Assembly (NCBI RefSeq): GCF_963921235.1
Contig: NC_086124.1
Coordinates: 28,024,001 to 28,088,000 of the forward strand
DNA: 64,000 nt
DNA from: Mobula hypostoma
Taxonomy: Eukaryota
Direction of reading: 5' to 3'
Shown here: one piece after another, positions 1 to 11,400 of the stretch
Position numbering within the stretch: position 1 is the stretch's first letter
How the letters are laid out: every line of letters begins with the position of its first letter
Position numbers and translations under genes: made by a program
The notes under the pieces: model-generated
What the model saw: only the letters and a program-made list of their open reading frames with translations
Databases searched by the model: none
What the model was told of the DNA's origin: nothing

Positions 1-669
1 AATTCATGAAAATGGTTATTTCACTTCTTTTACGTCTGCTTCTCATCTTAAACGTGTTTCTGGAACTGTTACGCATCTGTGATTTACAGTCTGAAGATCA
101 ACAGAGTGACTTAGTGCTTTGCTGTTTCAATGAAAGTGAGTGCAAGCTCGAACGGCCTTAAAGTGAAATAGTTTAGAGATGGTGCACCAGCCAATGATAG
201 ACTCCATTTCACCGATTAAAGCATCGAGGAAAATTGAAATCAAGATGAGTGCAGAAAGGTGAGTGAGGGTTTAGCACTGACTGCTGTTTGATTGCAGGGA
301 GGGATCTCTCTGTTGTCAGATGAGTTGTGTAGTACCTTTCACTCACTGTTGCCGGAGGGTAGGCCTCTGTGTTTCAGTAGTCTCTCTATCTCTATCTCCC
401 AACACTGGTCAGAGGATAATACTGGGGCTCTGCGGCAATTATTTCTCGTTATTGTGTGGCGTGTTTTGTTAGTTCTTTGTGTGAAAGAAAGGAGTTTGGG
501 GTTTGATGTTCTTGTTCTTGACAGCTTTTTTTTGTGTGGTGTGGGTTTTGATGTTTATCTTTGAATGATTTCTGTGCATTTATTTGTACTGTGGCTATCT
601 GGAGAAGAAGAATCTCGGAGTTGTATACTGAGTACATAATTTTTTAATAAATGAACCTTTGAACGATTG

Positions 670-961
670 TTGATGCCTGACGGGGTGATTTGAGTATCTC
701 AGAGACTGTTGAGCTTCTGGGATTATCAGGCACGAGTCTCTAGAGTTTACAGTGAATACTGTGAGAAAAAAAAGACAACACCAAACATCTATTGAGTGGC
801 AGTTGTGGGCGAAAACACCTTGTCAGTGAGATTTCAGAGGAGAATGGCCAGACTGGTTCACGCTAGTGGATGGGCTACAGCAGCATAAGACCATGACCTT
901 ACACTCAATGGTCACTTTATTATGTAGAGGAAGTGCCTAATAAAGTGGCCACTGAGTGTAT
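670..961 (+). mobile_element. Tc1-like non-autonomous MITE (partial)
   Basis: Terminal hairpin TACACTCAATGGTCACTTTATT...AATAAAGTGGCCACTGAGTGTA at 900-961; homologous to the copies at 1858 and 5425. Confidence 0.65.
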
Positions 962-1039
962 AATATAGTGTTGGACAGAGTGTGAACCAGATCATCACCA
1001 GTACACTGGACCCCAAATTATTCAGACTCTGAGCCTTAC

Positions 1040-1321
1040 CCCAAACTGCATGCAGCTTTCCAGGGACGCTCAAATGCTTGATTTCACAAGTGTAAGTGTC
1101 ACCCTTCCCGGGGTCAATGTTGACCTGTTGCCGGACTTGGAATGTCCCATCCCGGTTGGGTAAAATGCTTGTATTTAGCACTTCCCGATCGATTCCTTCA
1201 CCATTCCGCAGCCACATTACGTGGATATCCTTGGGATAAAATCCATGCACTTGGCATGTCAGGGCCAAGGTATTCTCTCTGTTCTTCATGTGTCTTGAGG
1301 TTATTGTGATAGTCGGCTTCG
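1040..1321 (-). CDS. MHC Ig-C1 domain exon (class I alpha3-like; beta2 domain of putative W-category beta chain), exon 3
   Basis: 282-nt phase1/phase1 exon: acceptor ctgcAG|CGAAG, donor TGGG|GTAAGG. Encodes KPTITI...LTCQVHGFYPKDIHVMWLRNG...ILPNRDGTFQ...YTCEIKH...VW, with both C1-set cysteines, the GFYP motif and the class I-type LPNxDGTFQ motif. Confidence 0.92.
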
Positions 1322-1857
1322 CTGCAGTGGACAGAAACACATTGAAGCTGAACTTGGTTACAGGATCAGAAAAAGTAAAGAGTAACGGAATTTCAAAGTT
1401 CAAAGTATGCTTATTATTAAAACATCTATACATTATACAGCCTTGAGATTCCACCATGATAGAATGGCAGACTAGACTCGATGGACTAAATGGCCTATCT
1501 CTGAAGGCTAAAACCCTTTAATCTTGCATCCTTGGGACCTGACTGACACTGGACCATAGAAATTGTCTCCTTTAGTCCTAGTCTCGGCCCAAAATGTGTG
1601 TGTGTGTGTGTGTTGCTCTGGATTTCTACCACTTGAAGAATCTTTAGTGTTTAGATACTGTCCCCTGGGTCATTTGCCACTGACCAGGGGAATGGTTCTT
1701 TCAGACACTCCCAATTCACACAAGGGTTTCAAGAACTGTTGGCAACCCAGAGTTTCTGTAAGGTGGAAATACTGCTGGCCAAGAAATCAAAAGTTGAATT
1801 GGGAGGTTAATTAGCTACAGGTTAGTGCAGATCAGAATCAGGTTTGATATCAATAAC

Positions 1858-2385
1858 ATACACCCAGTGTCCACTTTACTAGGTACACCAGCTCATTAAT
1901 AAAAATATCTAATCAGCCAATCATGTGGCAGCAATGCAATGCATCAAAGCATGCTGGCATGGTCAAGAGGTTCAGTGGTGACAGACCAAACATCAGAATG
2001 GGGAAGGAATATGATTTAAGTGACTTTGACTGTGGACAAGGTGGGGTAGCTCAGAAACTGCTGATTTCCTGAGATTAAAACACACGACAGTCTCTAGAAT
2101 TAACAAAGAATGGTGTGACAAAGAAAAAAACATCCAGTGGGCGGCAGTTTTGTGGGCGAAAACGTCTTGTTAATGAGAGAGGTCAGAGGAGAATGGTCCG
2201 GACTGGTTCAATCGAACAGGAAGACAACAAGAACTCTAATCAGCACGTGTTACAACAGTGGTGGGCAGAAGAGCAACTCTGAATGCCTTAAAGTCGATGG
2301 GCTACGGCAACAGAAGACAACGAACATACACTCAGTGGCCAATTTAGTAGGCACAGGAGATACCTAATAAAGTAGCCACGGACTA
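1858..2385 (+). mobile_element. Tc1-like non-autonomous MITE
   Basis: Starts TACACCCAGTGTCCACTTTACTAGG and ends ACACTCAGTGGCC...AATAAAGTAGCCAC; internal sequence is shared with 670-961. Confidence 0.7.
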
Positions 2386-2439
2386 TGAGGTCATGAAATT
2401 TGTTGTTTTGCATAAAAATACAAATTACTAGAATAAAGA

Positions 2440-2945
2440 TTTAAATTAAATTAGGTCAAATAGCAAAAATAGTGCGTTTCTGTTCATGGACTGTTCATAA
2501 ATCAGATGGCAGAAGGGAAGAAGCTCTTCCTGAATCACTGAGTGTGTGCCTTCAGGCTCCTGTACCTCCTCCCTGATCGCTCCTTGAAGATTCCTGAATG
2601 CTAAGGAGGCTAGTGTCCATGATGGAACTGACTGAGCTCACAACCTTCTGCAGCTTCTTTCAATACTTTGCAGACTCTGCACCCCGCCCCATATGCCGCC
2701 AGTTAGAATGCTCTCCACGGTACATATGTAGAAATTTGAGCAAATCTTTGGCGGCATATCAACCTTCCTCAAGCTCCTAATGAGATTGAGCTGCTGTCGT
2801 GCTACCCTCGTAACTGTCTCAATATGTAGGGCCCAGGATAAATCCCCAGAGATATTGACAACTAGGAACTTGAAATTGCTCACTCTCTCCACTTCCGACC
2901 CCTCTCTGAGGACGGGTGTTTGTGTGTTCCCTTGTCTTGTCCTTT
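2440..2945 (-). mobile_element. LINE (L2/Rex1-like) RT 3' fragment
   Basis: Minus-strand FKFLVVNISGDLSWALHI...RQQLNLIRSLRKVDM...FYICTVESILTGGI, a typical LINE RT C-terminus. Confidence 0.7.
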
Positions 2946-2999
2946 CTGTCAAACTATAGCACAAAGCCTGTTTGAACATCACATTGACAACAAACTTAC

Positions 3000-3230
3000 T
3001 AGTCAGAGCTCGAATGGCATTGCGAATTCGTGGCGCAACAACCTCAAGGACGTGGATAACTTGACTCATATTCTTTCTGTTCTTGTTCAGTATGTCCAAG
3101 TAAGGCTGTACAAGCGGATTGACAGCCACAGCCTTTGCTGTGTTGCAATCAAAATGAACGAACTCTTCGCCATTGTAAGCATATATCTCCAGACTGCCAA
3201 AATATAGAGTTACTTGAGCGATGCGCATCC
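3000..3230 (-). CDS. MHC membrane-distal domain exon (class I alpha2 / class II beta1-like), exon 2
   Basis: 231-nt phase1/phase1 exon: acceptor ttcccAG|GGATG, donor CTGACTA|GTAAGT. Encodes GMRIAQVTLYFGSLEIYAYNGEEFVHFDCNTAKAVAVNPLVQPYLDILNKN...ALT. The YAYNGEEF motif matches class I YAYDGxDF. It splices in frame to the exons on either side. Confidence 0.82.
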
Positions 3231-3449
3231 CTGGGAAGCAAACAATAATCGATCCATTAGCCATTTGTGAGAGAGGAATGGCGCAGTTTAAAACCTTAAA
3301 ATTTAATCGAATTGAAACAGCAAATTTGTCTCTTCCCTTTCTGTGGATACCACACAATGAAAAGGTACCATTCCACCTATGTTTTTACCAGAACCACCTC
3401 TCCCTCCCACTATAAAACTCCAATAATACAGTAGACTTGGGATTCGGTC

Positions 3450-4220
3450 TTGCTGGGTAAGCAAATCCTTCACCTTCACTCACTGCATCCACCTCCCTCA
3501 GTTCCGTGCCAACATTCCCACCTACCCCCTCGACCAAACCCCTCTCTTCACCCTCAACGCCCACCTCTCTCTCAATCTCCCTGTCCAAATCGATACATAC
3601 CCTCGAAAGGCCCCTCCCTCAACACCCCTTCCACAGATATCTTTACTCACTATCTGCACCAAACTCTTCATCTACGCCCTCAGCACCCCGCCCTCTCTCG
3701 CTACACCCGCAGCGACCACTTTCCTCCCACTACAAACACCCTTGCTGCCCCCTGTCCACCTTCACTCCCTTGGCCCCCACTCTCCTTCGGAGACCCCTCT
3801 CCTCCCCTCAATCGACGCCCTTTCCCATTCCCACCCTCCATATGCGCCGCCTCCACCCCGCCCCACCCTCTCTCCCTAGGTGCCCGTTACCATCCGCTCC
3901 CCACCCTCCCTCGCTGCCTACTCCCCTCTCCACCCGATCATCTCTCGGTGTCCCCTCCCTTCCTCGGTGCTCCTCTCCTAGTGCTACCTCCCCTCCCTTC
4001 CTCGGTGCCCCTCTCCTCCCGACGCTACATCTCTGCCCCCTCCCCTCTTTCGTTGATCGCTCCCGTACCCTCCTCATCCTCCTTCGGTGACCCCTCGGCC
4101 TTACCCTCCCTTGGTGCCTCGGTGCCCTCTCCACTCTCCTCCCCTACCCACCCTATCCTCCCTCGGTGCCTCTTCACTTCCCCACCCGCCCTCGGTGCCC
4201 CCACTCCGCCCGGGCTGCGC
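3450..4220. repeat. Pyrimidine-rich low-complexity/degenerate minisatellite (CCCTCGGTGCC-like) in MHC intron 1
   Basis: Extreme C/T skew on the + strand with a recurring ctcggtg(c) motif. Confidence 0.7.
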
Positions 4221-4227
4221 CTCTCAC

Positions 4228-4273
4228 CTAGGGTGGGAGAGCCGTTGAGGAGGAGGAGGAAGGCGGCGAGCAT
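4228..4273 (-). CDS. Signal-peptide exon 1 of the MHC (putative WB) gene
   Basis: ATG at 4273 gives MLAAFLLLLNGSPTL+G, followed by a phase-1 donor G|GTGAGA. It joins the GG of exon 2 to give Gly. In-frame upstream ATGs exist at 4333 and 4345. It lies in a CpG-rich region. Confidence 0.75.
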
Positions 4274-4279
4274 AGTGGG

Positions 4280-4560
4280 AGAGCGGCGTCGCCTCACGCC
4301 GGCTAGCTGGCTCACGGTTCGAAGAGACGGCATCACTACTCCCATCTCTTCCGCCGCGGACTGAGAACCTCCTTGCCTCTCGTTGCCTTTCCGCCCGACG
4401 CCCTGAACCGACTGCCAGCCGGCAGGTCCCGTAACTGGAGACGATCGTTGTAGAAGTTTCCCCTGCTGTGTGGGCGGCCGCTGCCACAGACAGGTGGGGC
4501 GGGGCGGGACCAACGCCTTCCATTTCCAAATGGCGCTTTATTCTCAACACTAGTTGAGAG
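4280..4560 (-). promoter_or_regulatory. CpG-rich promoter/5' region of the MHC gene with GC box
   Basis: High CpG density and GGGGCGGGGCGGG at about 4496-4508, directly upstream of the leader exon. Confidence 0.45.
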
Positions 4561-5424
4561 GGAAGGTGATTGGGATACTAGGTGAGGGGTAAGGTGGGTG
4601 GGATATCAGGTGAGCGATAAGATGGGTGGTAGGAGAAGTGAGGATACCAGGTGAAAAGGGTTAGTAAGTGAGGCGGATGGTAGTTGGATGGATAGTGGAT
4701 GGAGCAATGCATGTGAGGGGGAAGGTATGAGGCTGGTTCATTTTCTATTCCTATCAGATTTCTTCTTCCTCAGCCATTAACCTTTTCTACCAATCACCTT
4801 TCAGCTTCTTATCTCGAAACCTCAACCCATCCCACCCACCTTCCCCCACTCCTGGTCTCACCTATCACCTGCAGGCATGTACACCTTCCCCAACTCCCAC
4901 CTTCTTACTCTGGCTTCTACCTTCACCATCCACCCCCCACTTTCATTTCCAGTCCCTTATGAAGGTTCTTGGCCTCTCGAGACATTGCCTGACCTGATGG
5001 GTTCCTCTGACATATTGTGTGTTTTACGTAAATATAGCATCTTTGAAGACGTTGCATGCCAATTAAGTGTGTCATCAAATGCGACGTTGAGATGCTAATG
5101 GTGATAGTTGCAAAGGTCAACAGATGTTTGAAGAAAGAGGTAGCTAAGCTACTTAGAACTTCATTTCATTCACTGAACTTCATTTTGAAGAGCCTCTTCT
5201 GTCCCAGTGTATCATGTGATTTGGATGGCGTATTTTGAAGTTCAAAGTAAAATTTATTATCAGAGTACATACCTGTCACCACATACAGCACTGTGATCCT
5301 TTATCTGTGGGCATACTTAGAAAATTTATAGAACAGTAACTGTAAACAGGATCTGTAAACTGTAAAGATCAGGAACTGGCAACTGTGAATAAACTGGGCA
5401 ACTTGTTTCAGTCAGAACAAGGGG

Positions 5425-5945
5425 AAGTAAACTCAGTGGCTACTTTATTACCTGCAGTTGGTACCTAATAAGGCAGCAGCCATAGTACATCCACTTCGAG
5501 GTTCGATGTTTTGTGCATTCAGAGATGATTTTCTGTACACCACGCATAGTTATTTAAGTTACTGTCGGCTTGAACCAGTCTGGCCTTTCTCCTTTGACCC
5601 CTTTCATTAAGACAGCTTCTGGTTTGCCCACAGAACTGATATGACTGGATGTTTTTTTTTGTTTTCGGACCATTCTGTGTCAACTCTAGAGACGATTGTG
5701 AATATCCCATGAGATCAGCAGTTTCCGAGATTTTCAAACCACCCTATGTGGCACCAACAATCATTCCATTTTCAAAGTCACTTAGCTCACATTTCTTCCC
5801 CCATTCTGATATTTAGTCTGAACAACAACTGAGTCTCTTGACTACCTCTACATGCTTTTATACATCGAGTTACTGCTACATGATTGACTGATTAGATATT
5901 TGCATCAACGAGCAAATGTACAGATATAGCAAAGAAGTACATAAT
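5425..5945 (-). mobile_element. Tc1-like MITE, reverse orientation
   Basis: Reverse-complement homology to 1858-2385, with the terminal hairpin at about 5428-5475. Confidence 0.6.
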
Positions 5946-6429
5946 ATTAAACATACTGTGGTATTGAAATATAACTCTCGCTTTGGCTAGCAGCTTAATA
6001 GAGGGGGTGATAGCCCCCGGCGCAGCCAAACTTAAGAAATCTCGTTTGGGTGGATGCTATGCAATGTGCCCCTAGAGCTGCAAAAGATCTTGCAACAATG
6101 TGCTCTTTATTTTTTTTTAAAGCTGCATAGACCAACAATTGTTCTGAGCAGGAAATTTTTACATGGCCTGAAAACTGTATGTGATACCTTGAATGTTATT
6201 TTTTCTTTAGTATGTGTACTATTGAATACTGAGAATGAAAATTGAAAAATCACATACTTTTTATTTATTAACTGAAGGGTATAATGTAATACAGTACAAC
6301 AAAGAAAATCTTTTATGTTTCATAAACCTTTTTTGTTTTCTTTTCTTCCAGCTGCACGGCAACAAAGGCTATGTGTGTGGGAGCATTTCAGTTACACCAT
6401 GGCTGTGCACCCGTGTGGCTTAGATGGAA

Positions 6430-7215
6430 CGGTGCCTTAGACAGATTAGGAGAATAGGCAAAGAAGTGGCAGATGGCATGCAATGTAGGGAAGTGTATGC
6501 TCTTTCACTTTGGTAGAAGGAATAAAGGTATTGGCTGTTTTCTAAATGGGGAGAAAATTCAGAAAACAGAGGCATAAAAGGACTTGGTAGTTCTTGTGCA
6601 AGATTTCCCGAACGTTAACTTGCAGGTTGAGTCATTACTAAGGAAGGCAAATACAATATTGACATTCATTTCAAGAGCGATGGAAGATAAAAACAAGGAT
6701 GTAATGCTGAGGGTTTATAAGGCATTGGCCAGACCACATTTGGAATATTGTGAGCAGTTTTGGGGCCCTTATCCGAAAGGATGTGACGGTATTAGAGAGG
6801 CTCCAGAGGAAGTTCAGAAGAATGATACCGGGAATGAAAGGGTTAACTAATGGCTGAACCTGTATTTGCTGGAGTTTAGAAGAATGAGTGGAGATCTCAT
6901 TGAGACCTCCAGTGGACGTGGATGCTTCCAATAGTGAGAGAATCTAGGACCAAAGGGCACAGCCTTTAGAACACAAATGAGGAGATATTTCTTTATCCAG
7001 AGAGTGGAATTCATTGCCACAGACAGTCGTGAAGGCCAGATCATTGGGTATATTTAAAGAGACGTTGATAGGTTCTTGATTAGTAAGGGCGTCAAAGGTT
7101 ATGGGAAGAAGGCAGGAGAACGGGGTTGATTGGAAAAATAGATTAACCTTGATGAAATGGTGGAGCGGATTCGATAGACTGAATGGCCGAATTCTGCTTC
7201 TGTGTATTATGGAAA
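6430..7215 (+). mobile_element. CR1 LINE 3' fragment
   Basis: KANTILTFISR...DVMLRVYKALARPHLEYCEQFW (CR1 RT C-terminus) followed by a CR1-type 3' UTR. Confidence 0.85.
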
Positions 7216-7349
7216 CCTCAGGGTAATAGTTGAATAGCTGAACAAATAAGGAACTAGCATCATAAAGGACCAGAGGGACACAGATACTGTATTATGGGTG
7301 ATAATTTTAAGAGGTGCTGTCACTGAACACTAGGTGGTGTAAGAGACCA

Positions 7350-7880
7350 GGGATGAGGTAGGTGTCTTCACTGGAATTCCACAAAGTGCATCGTCAGCCC
7401 CCTGCTCCGTGTACACTCACGACCTTCTGGCCGGATTCTGCTCGAACCCCACCTACAGGTTTGCAGATGAGACCACTGTAGTGGGCTGGATCTCAGATAC
7501 CAATGAGAGGAAGTAGAGGAAAGAAAGAGAGAGCCCAGTGGCATGGATTCGCGCTAACAACCTCTCCCCGACTGTCGGGAGAACAAAAGAGCTGGTCGTT
7601 GACTTCTGGAAGGGAGCGGTGCACGCACTCCTATTTACAGCACTGGTGACGGGGTGGAAAGCTGAAAATTTTTAGTAGAGAACATTATCAATAAGTTCTT
7701 CTGTTCCAACCACATAGATGCCGCAGCCAAGAAAGCGCACCATCTCTTCTATGTGCTCTGGAGACTAAAGAAATTTGTCTGCTCCCTTTGTACCCTCACC
7801 AATTTTTATCGATGCATCATGGAAAGCATCTTATTTGGATGCATTATGGTTTGGTTCGGCAACTTTTCTTCCTGAGGTCT
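7350..7880 (+). mobile_element. L2/Rex1-like LINE RT fragment
   Basis: Degenerate YTHD...KFADETTVVG...NNLS...KTKELVVDF-type coding remnants. Confidence 0.6.
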
Positions 7881-8040
7881 GACACCTGACAATGCAGGAA
7901 ATCACGGGAGCTGGTCCTAACTGCTCTGTGTCCGAAGATCAATGAAGAGTTTGAACCGCAGCACGGAAATTATTTGCAGTTCCATGAACACCAGAGCAGC
8001 ACGTATAGTAGTCGTGATCGGTGCAGACTCTGGACCTTAC

Positions 8041-8285
8041 CCCAAACTGCGCTCAGTCTCTCCAGGGCACTCCTGTACTCCAGTTGAGAATTGTAGGTGT
8101 TCGCCACCTGCTGGGGTCAACGCCGGCATGAAATCTACGTTGGAATCTCCTGTAAAATCCTTCGCTATTCCGCAGCCACGCTGTGTTAACGTCCCTTGGG
8201 TAAAATCCATCCACTCTGTACATCAGGACTGAGGGCTTTACTCCCACGTTCAGCTGTGTTAACGTTATGGTGATGGAACGTTTCG
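8041..8285 (-). pseudogene. Decayed duplicate of the MHC Ig-C1 exon
   Basis: KRSITIT...YRVDGFYPRDVNTAWLRNSEG aligns to 1040-1321. The acceptor is mutated AG>GG, the first Cys is Tyr, the exon is 37 nt shorter and frameshifted, and the donor TGGG|GTAAGG plus flanking intron homology is retained. Confidence 0.85.
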
Positions 8286-8319
8286 CCGCAGTGGAGAGAA
8301 ACCATAAGACACAGGAGCA

Positions 8320-9130
8320 GAATTCAAAGGTCCAATTTAATGTGTACAATATACATCCTGAAATGTTTTTTCTTCGCAAACATCCACGAAAACAGAGAAG
8401 TGCCCCCAAGAATGAAGACAGTTAAACGTCAGAACCCCAAAGTCCCCTCCCCCCAGTTCTCCCCTCCCGCGCGTAAGCGGTAGCAAGCAACGATACCCCT
8501 CCCCCCACCAGTGAAAAAAAAACCCGCATCGGTACCATCATAGAGCCCAAGCGTGTGCTAAGCAATGGAGTTGACATGGGCAAAGTTACCCCAAAAGCTT
8601 TGCATTTCTCCCATTCGACAAACCGCAGGTTCTCTCTCTCCCTGGCAAGGGAAAGGGAGGTGTCCCCCCATTTTCACAGTGAGTGGGAGACATAACAACA
8701 ACCCGCTGGTTATGATCGTAAAAATCCGTTTCTTCGTTTTTTTCCAGCTCTGTGTCCGAAGATTCGCGAAGACCTCTGGTTTCGGGCCCACAGCGTAAGA
8801 CTTTCCGACCACCCCGACGACACACGAGTGTCCAGCCGTGGCAACGACCCTCGATCCGCCCATCTCCAGAGCCCCGAGATCTTAGGCTTCCGAACACGAT
8901 CGAAATTCTCAGGTCAAACCCTTGTCAAACCGAATAACGGCCAGTTGTGGACCCCGAGAGCGGGTCCCATTCCCGTAAAAAACCGAAGCCTATGTCTAAC
9001 CAGGTCAGGGCCTTCAAAAGAATCCTGAAAGAGAAAAATAAAGATATTACAGGTGGAAATAGAACTGTTTCCAAAGATGCGAGCAAAGGAGTCGCCGTTA
9101 GGCACCATTATCCCTCCTAAGCTCCGCCTT
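8320..9130 (-). mobile_element. Unclassified interspersed repeat with LINE-type 3' tail
   Basis: CpG-rich non-coding segment ending on the minus strand in ...attaaattggacctttgaa, similar to other LINE tails in the window. Confidence 0.35.
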
Positions 9131-9829
9131 CAACTTGGCCCATTGTATCTGCTCTGCCAAACCACTATGGCTGATCTATTATCCCTCTCAACCTCATTCT
9201 CCTGCCTTACCCCCAGAGCTTTTGACACAATTACTAATCAAGAACCTCGCAACTTCTGCTTTAAACATACCCAATGACTTGACCTCCTCAGCTGTCTGTG
9301 GCAAAGAATTTCACAAATTCGGCACCCTCTGGCGAAAGAAATTCCTCCTTATCTCTGTTCTAAAGGGACGCACTTTTATTCTGATGAAGTGCCTCAGTAT
9401 TACTAAGAATGCTCAGTATAGGAGATGGAATATCATGTTATAGCATATTGGTAAGATCACTTCCATAGTGCTGAGGCTATGAAGACTGTCCCAGCTGCTG
9501 TGCTCCATGCCCGCTAACATGATGAACTGATAAACCAGGCTTTGGGCAGCTTCAGGGTTCGGATCTAAGGATCATTTTTGGTTTGGAATGCTGTTGTCTG
9601 CATGACCTCTTTTTTCTTTCTCCTGCGCATTGATTGTTTGTCTTTTTTATTTTTGTTCTTTTTTTTCCTTAATTGGGTTCTTTCAGGTTTCTTGCTTTGC
9701 GGCTACGCATGAGCAGGCAAATCTCAATGTTGTGTAATTTTTACATTCTTTGATAATAAATGCACTTTAATCTTGAATCAACGTACAGTTCTGGTTACTC
9801 TCCTGTAGGAAGAATTTTATTAAATGAAT

Positions 9830-11400
9830 AAAGTGCAAACAGTATGTTACCAAGACAAGAGGTTATAAGAAGCCAGATAGGCTGAGTCTATACCCTCTCA
9901 GTTGTAGGAGTTTGAAATGTGACCTTATAAACTTATAGAGGTTTATAAGACCACACTTGGAATATTGTGTTCCGTTATGTTTGCCTCATTATAGGAAAGC
10001 TATCGACACTTCAGAGAAAATGCAGAGGAGATTTATCAGGATGTTGTCTGTTCTGGAGGGCCTGTCTTATGAGGACCGTTTGAGTAAGCTAGGGTTTCTC
10101 TCTTTGGAGCAAATAAGATGATGGAGGTGTAAAATGATAAGAGGCGCAGATGAGGTAGATAGCCAGAGACTCTTTCCCAGTGTCCTTCCACTTCCTTTCC
10201 CTTGCACCCTTAACTCCTGGTGGAGTCGTCGGGGTGCCGTCATGACAAGCTTTGCACCAGTCTGTTCCATCTGTCGCGGTTGTGTGCCAGAGCCTGGGTC
10301 ACCACAAATGTTCTCCCTGTCCACTCTTTAATGTTGTCCATCCATCTTTTTCTCTGTCTACCTCTCCTTCTGTCTAAGAGGAATAGATAGAGTGGATAGC
10401 CAGCGCCTCTTCCCCAGGGCACCACTGCTCAATACAAGAGGACATGGCTTTAAGGTAAGGGGTGGGAAGTTCAAGGGGGATATTAGAGGAAGGTTTTTTA
10501 CTCAGAGAGTGGTTGGTGCGTGGTATGCACTGCCTGAGTCAGTGGTGGAGGCAGATACACTAGTGAAGTTTAAGAGATTACTAGACAGGTATATGGAGGA
10601 ATTTAAGGTGGGGGGTTATATGGGAGGCAGGGTTTGAGGGTCGGCACAACATTGTGGGCCGAAGGGCCTGTACTGTGCTGTACTATTCTATGTTCTATGT
10701 TCTTTTCCCCTCCACACTTCCTTGTAGAACGGTCTTTGCAAGGCCACTGGATCTTGTTACGTGGCCATACCATCTCATCTTTCTTTTCTTCACCGTTGTG
10801 AGAAGGTCTTCATGACCGCAGCCGATTTCCCTCAACCAGGTGGCTCCCCTTGGTCGTGAACACGTGGCCGTTATAGTTCATCTGAGAACCTTTCCGCCCG
10901 GTGATGCCGTGTTAACACCACCCCCTCACGGAAGTCATTCGCCCGGTGGTGCCGTGTTAACACCACCTTCTCAGGTGGTTTAGTCCGCCAGCTGAAGCGG
11001 TTTACCGGGGTATGGCGCTTGGAGCCAACACTTGAGAGATTTACGAGATGGATGAGGACCGGTAATGCCCGTCCACCCTGTCTGGTAGGGAGCAGCATGA
11101 CAGACATCAAAGGTACTACCTCTATCCAGCGCCCCCTATACCCCAGGGTGGAAATCCCTAATAAGAGAGGGTATAATTTTAAGGTGATTGATGGAAAGTA
11201 TGGGGGGGGGGAGGGATGTCAGAGATTCCCCCCCCCCCGCCCCCCACTACCAGCGTTGGTGGTAGAGACAGATATATTAGGGGCTTTTAAGAAACTCTTA
11301 GATAGTCACATGGGTGATAGAAAAATGGAGATGTATGTGGGAGTGTAGAGTTAGATTGATCTTGGAGTAGGTTTAAAGGTTGGCAAAACATCTTGCACCA
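9830..11400. mobile_element. Nested retrotransposons: CR1 (+) split by RTE (-), itself split by CR1 (+, about 10381-10710)
   Basis: RTE C-terminal motifs EDLLTTVKK... and RRRGRQRKRWMDNIKEWTG lie on either side of a CR1 3' end ending (CTATGTT)n. The outer CR1 continues across cccag|ggtggaaat. Confidence 0.7.

Noticed and set aside
6-140. + strand MKMVISLLLRLLLILNVFLEL with a following GTGAGT donor, as a leader of an alpha-chain gene
   Set aside because: At the window edge, no downstream + strand MHC exon found, and it would overlap the WB gene antisense; likely chance.
170-285. Hydrophobic minus-strand stretch (SALILISIFLDALIG) as the MHC TM exon
   Set aside because: Not in frame with any nearby phase-1 acceptor (an in-frame TAA lies upstream) and contains acidic residues; cannot be supported.
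900-961. 62-bp near-perfect hairpin as an ncRNA or terminator
   Set aside because: It is the juxtaposed terminal inverted repeats of the Tc1-like MITE, seen again at about 2326-2385 and 5428-5475.
1040-3230. Calling the MHC gene classical class I or class II beta
   Set aside because: Only one distal domain between leader and Ig exon (not class I); the Ig domain lacks the class II beta NGDW motif and has class I LPNxDG.
3450-4364. 304-aa and 194-aa Pro/Ser-rich ORFs on the + strand
   Set aside because: By-product of a C/T low-complexity tract antisense to MHC intron 1; no domain features.
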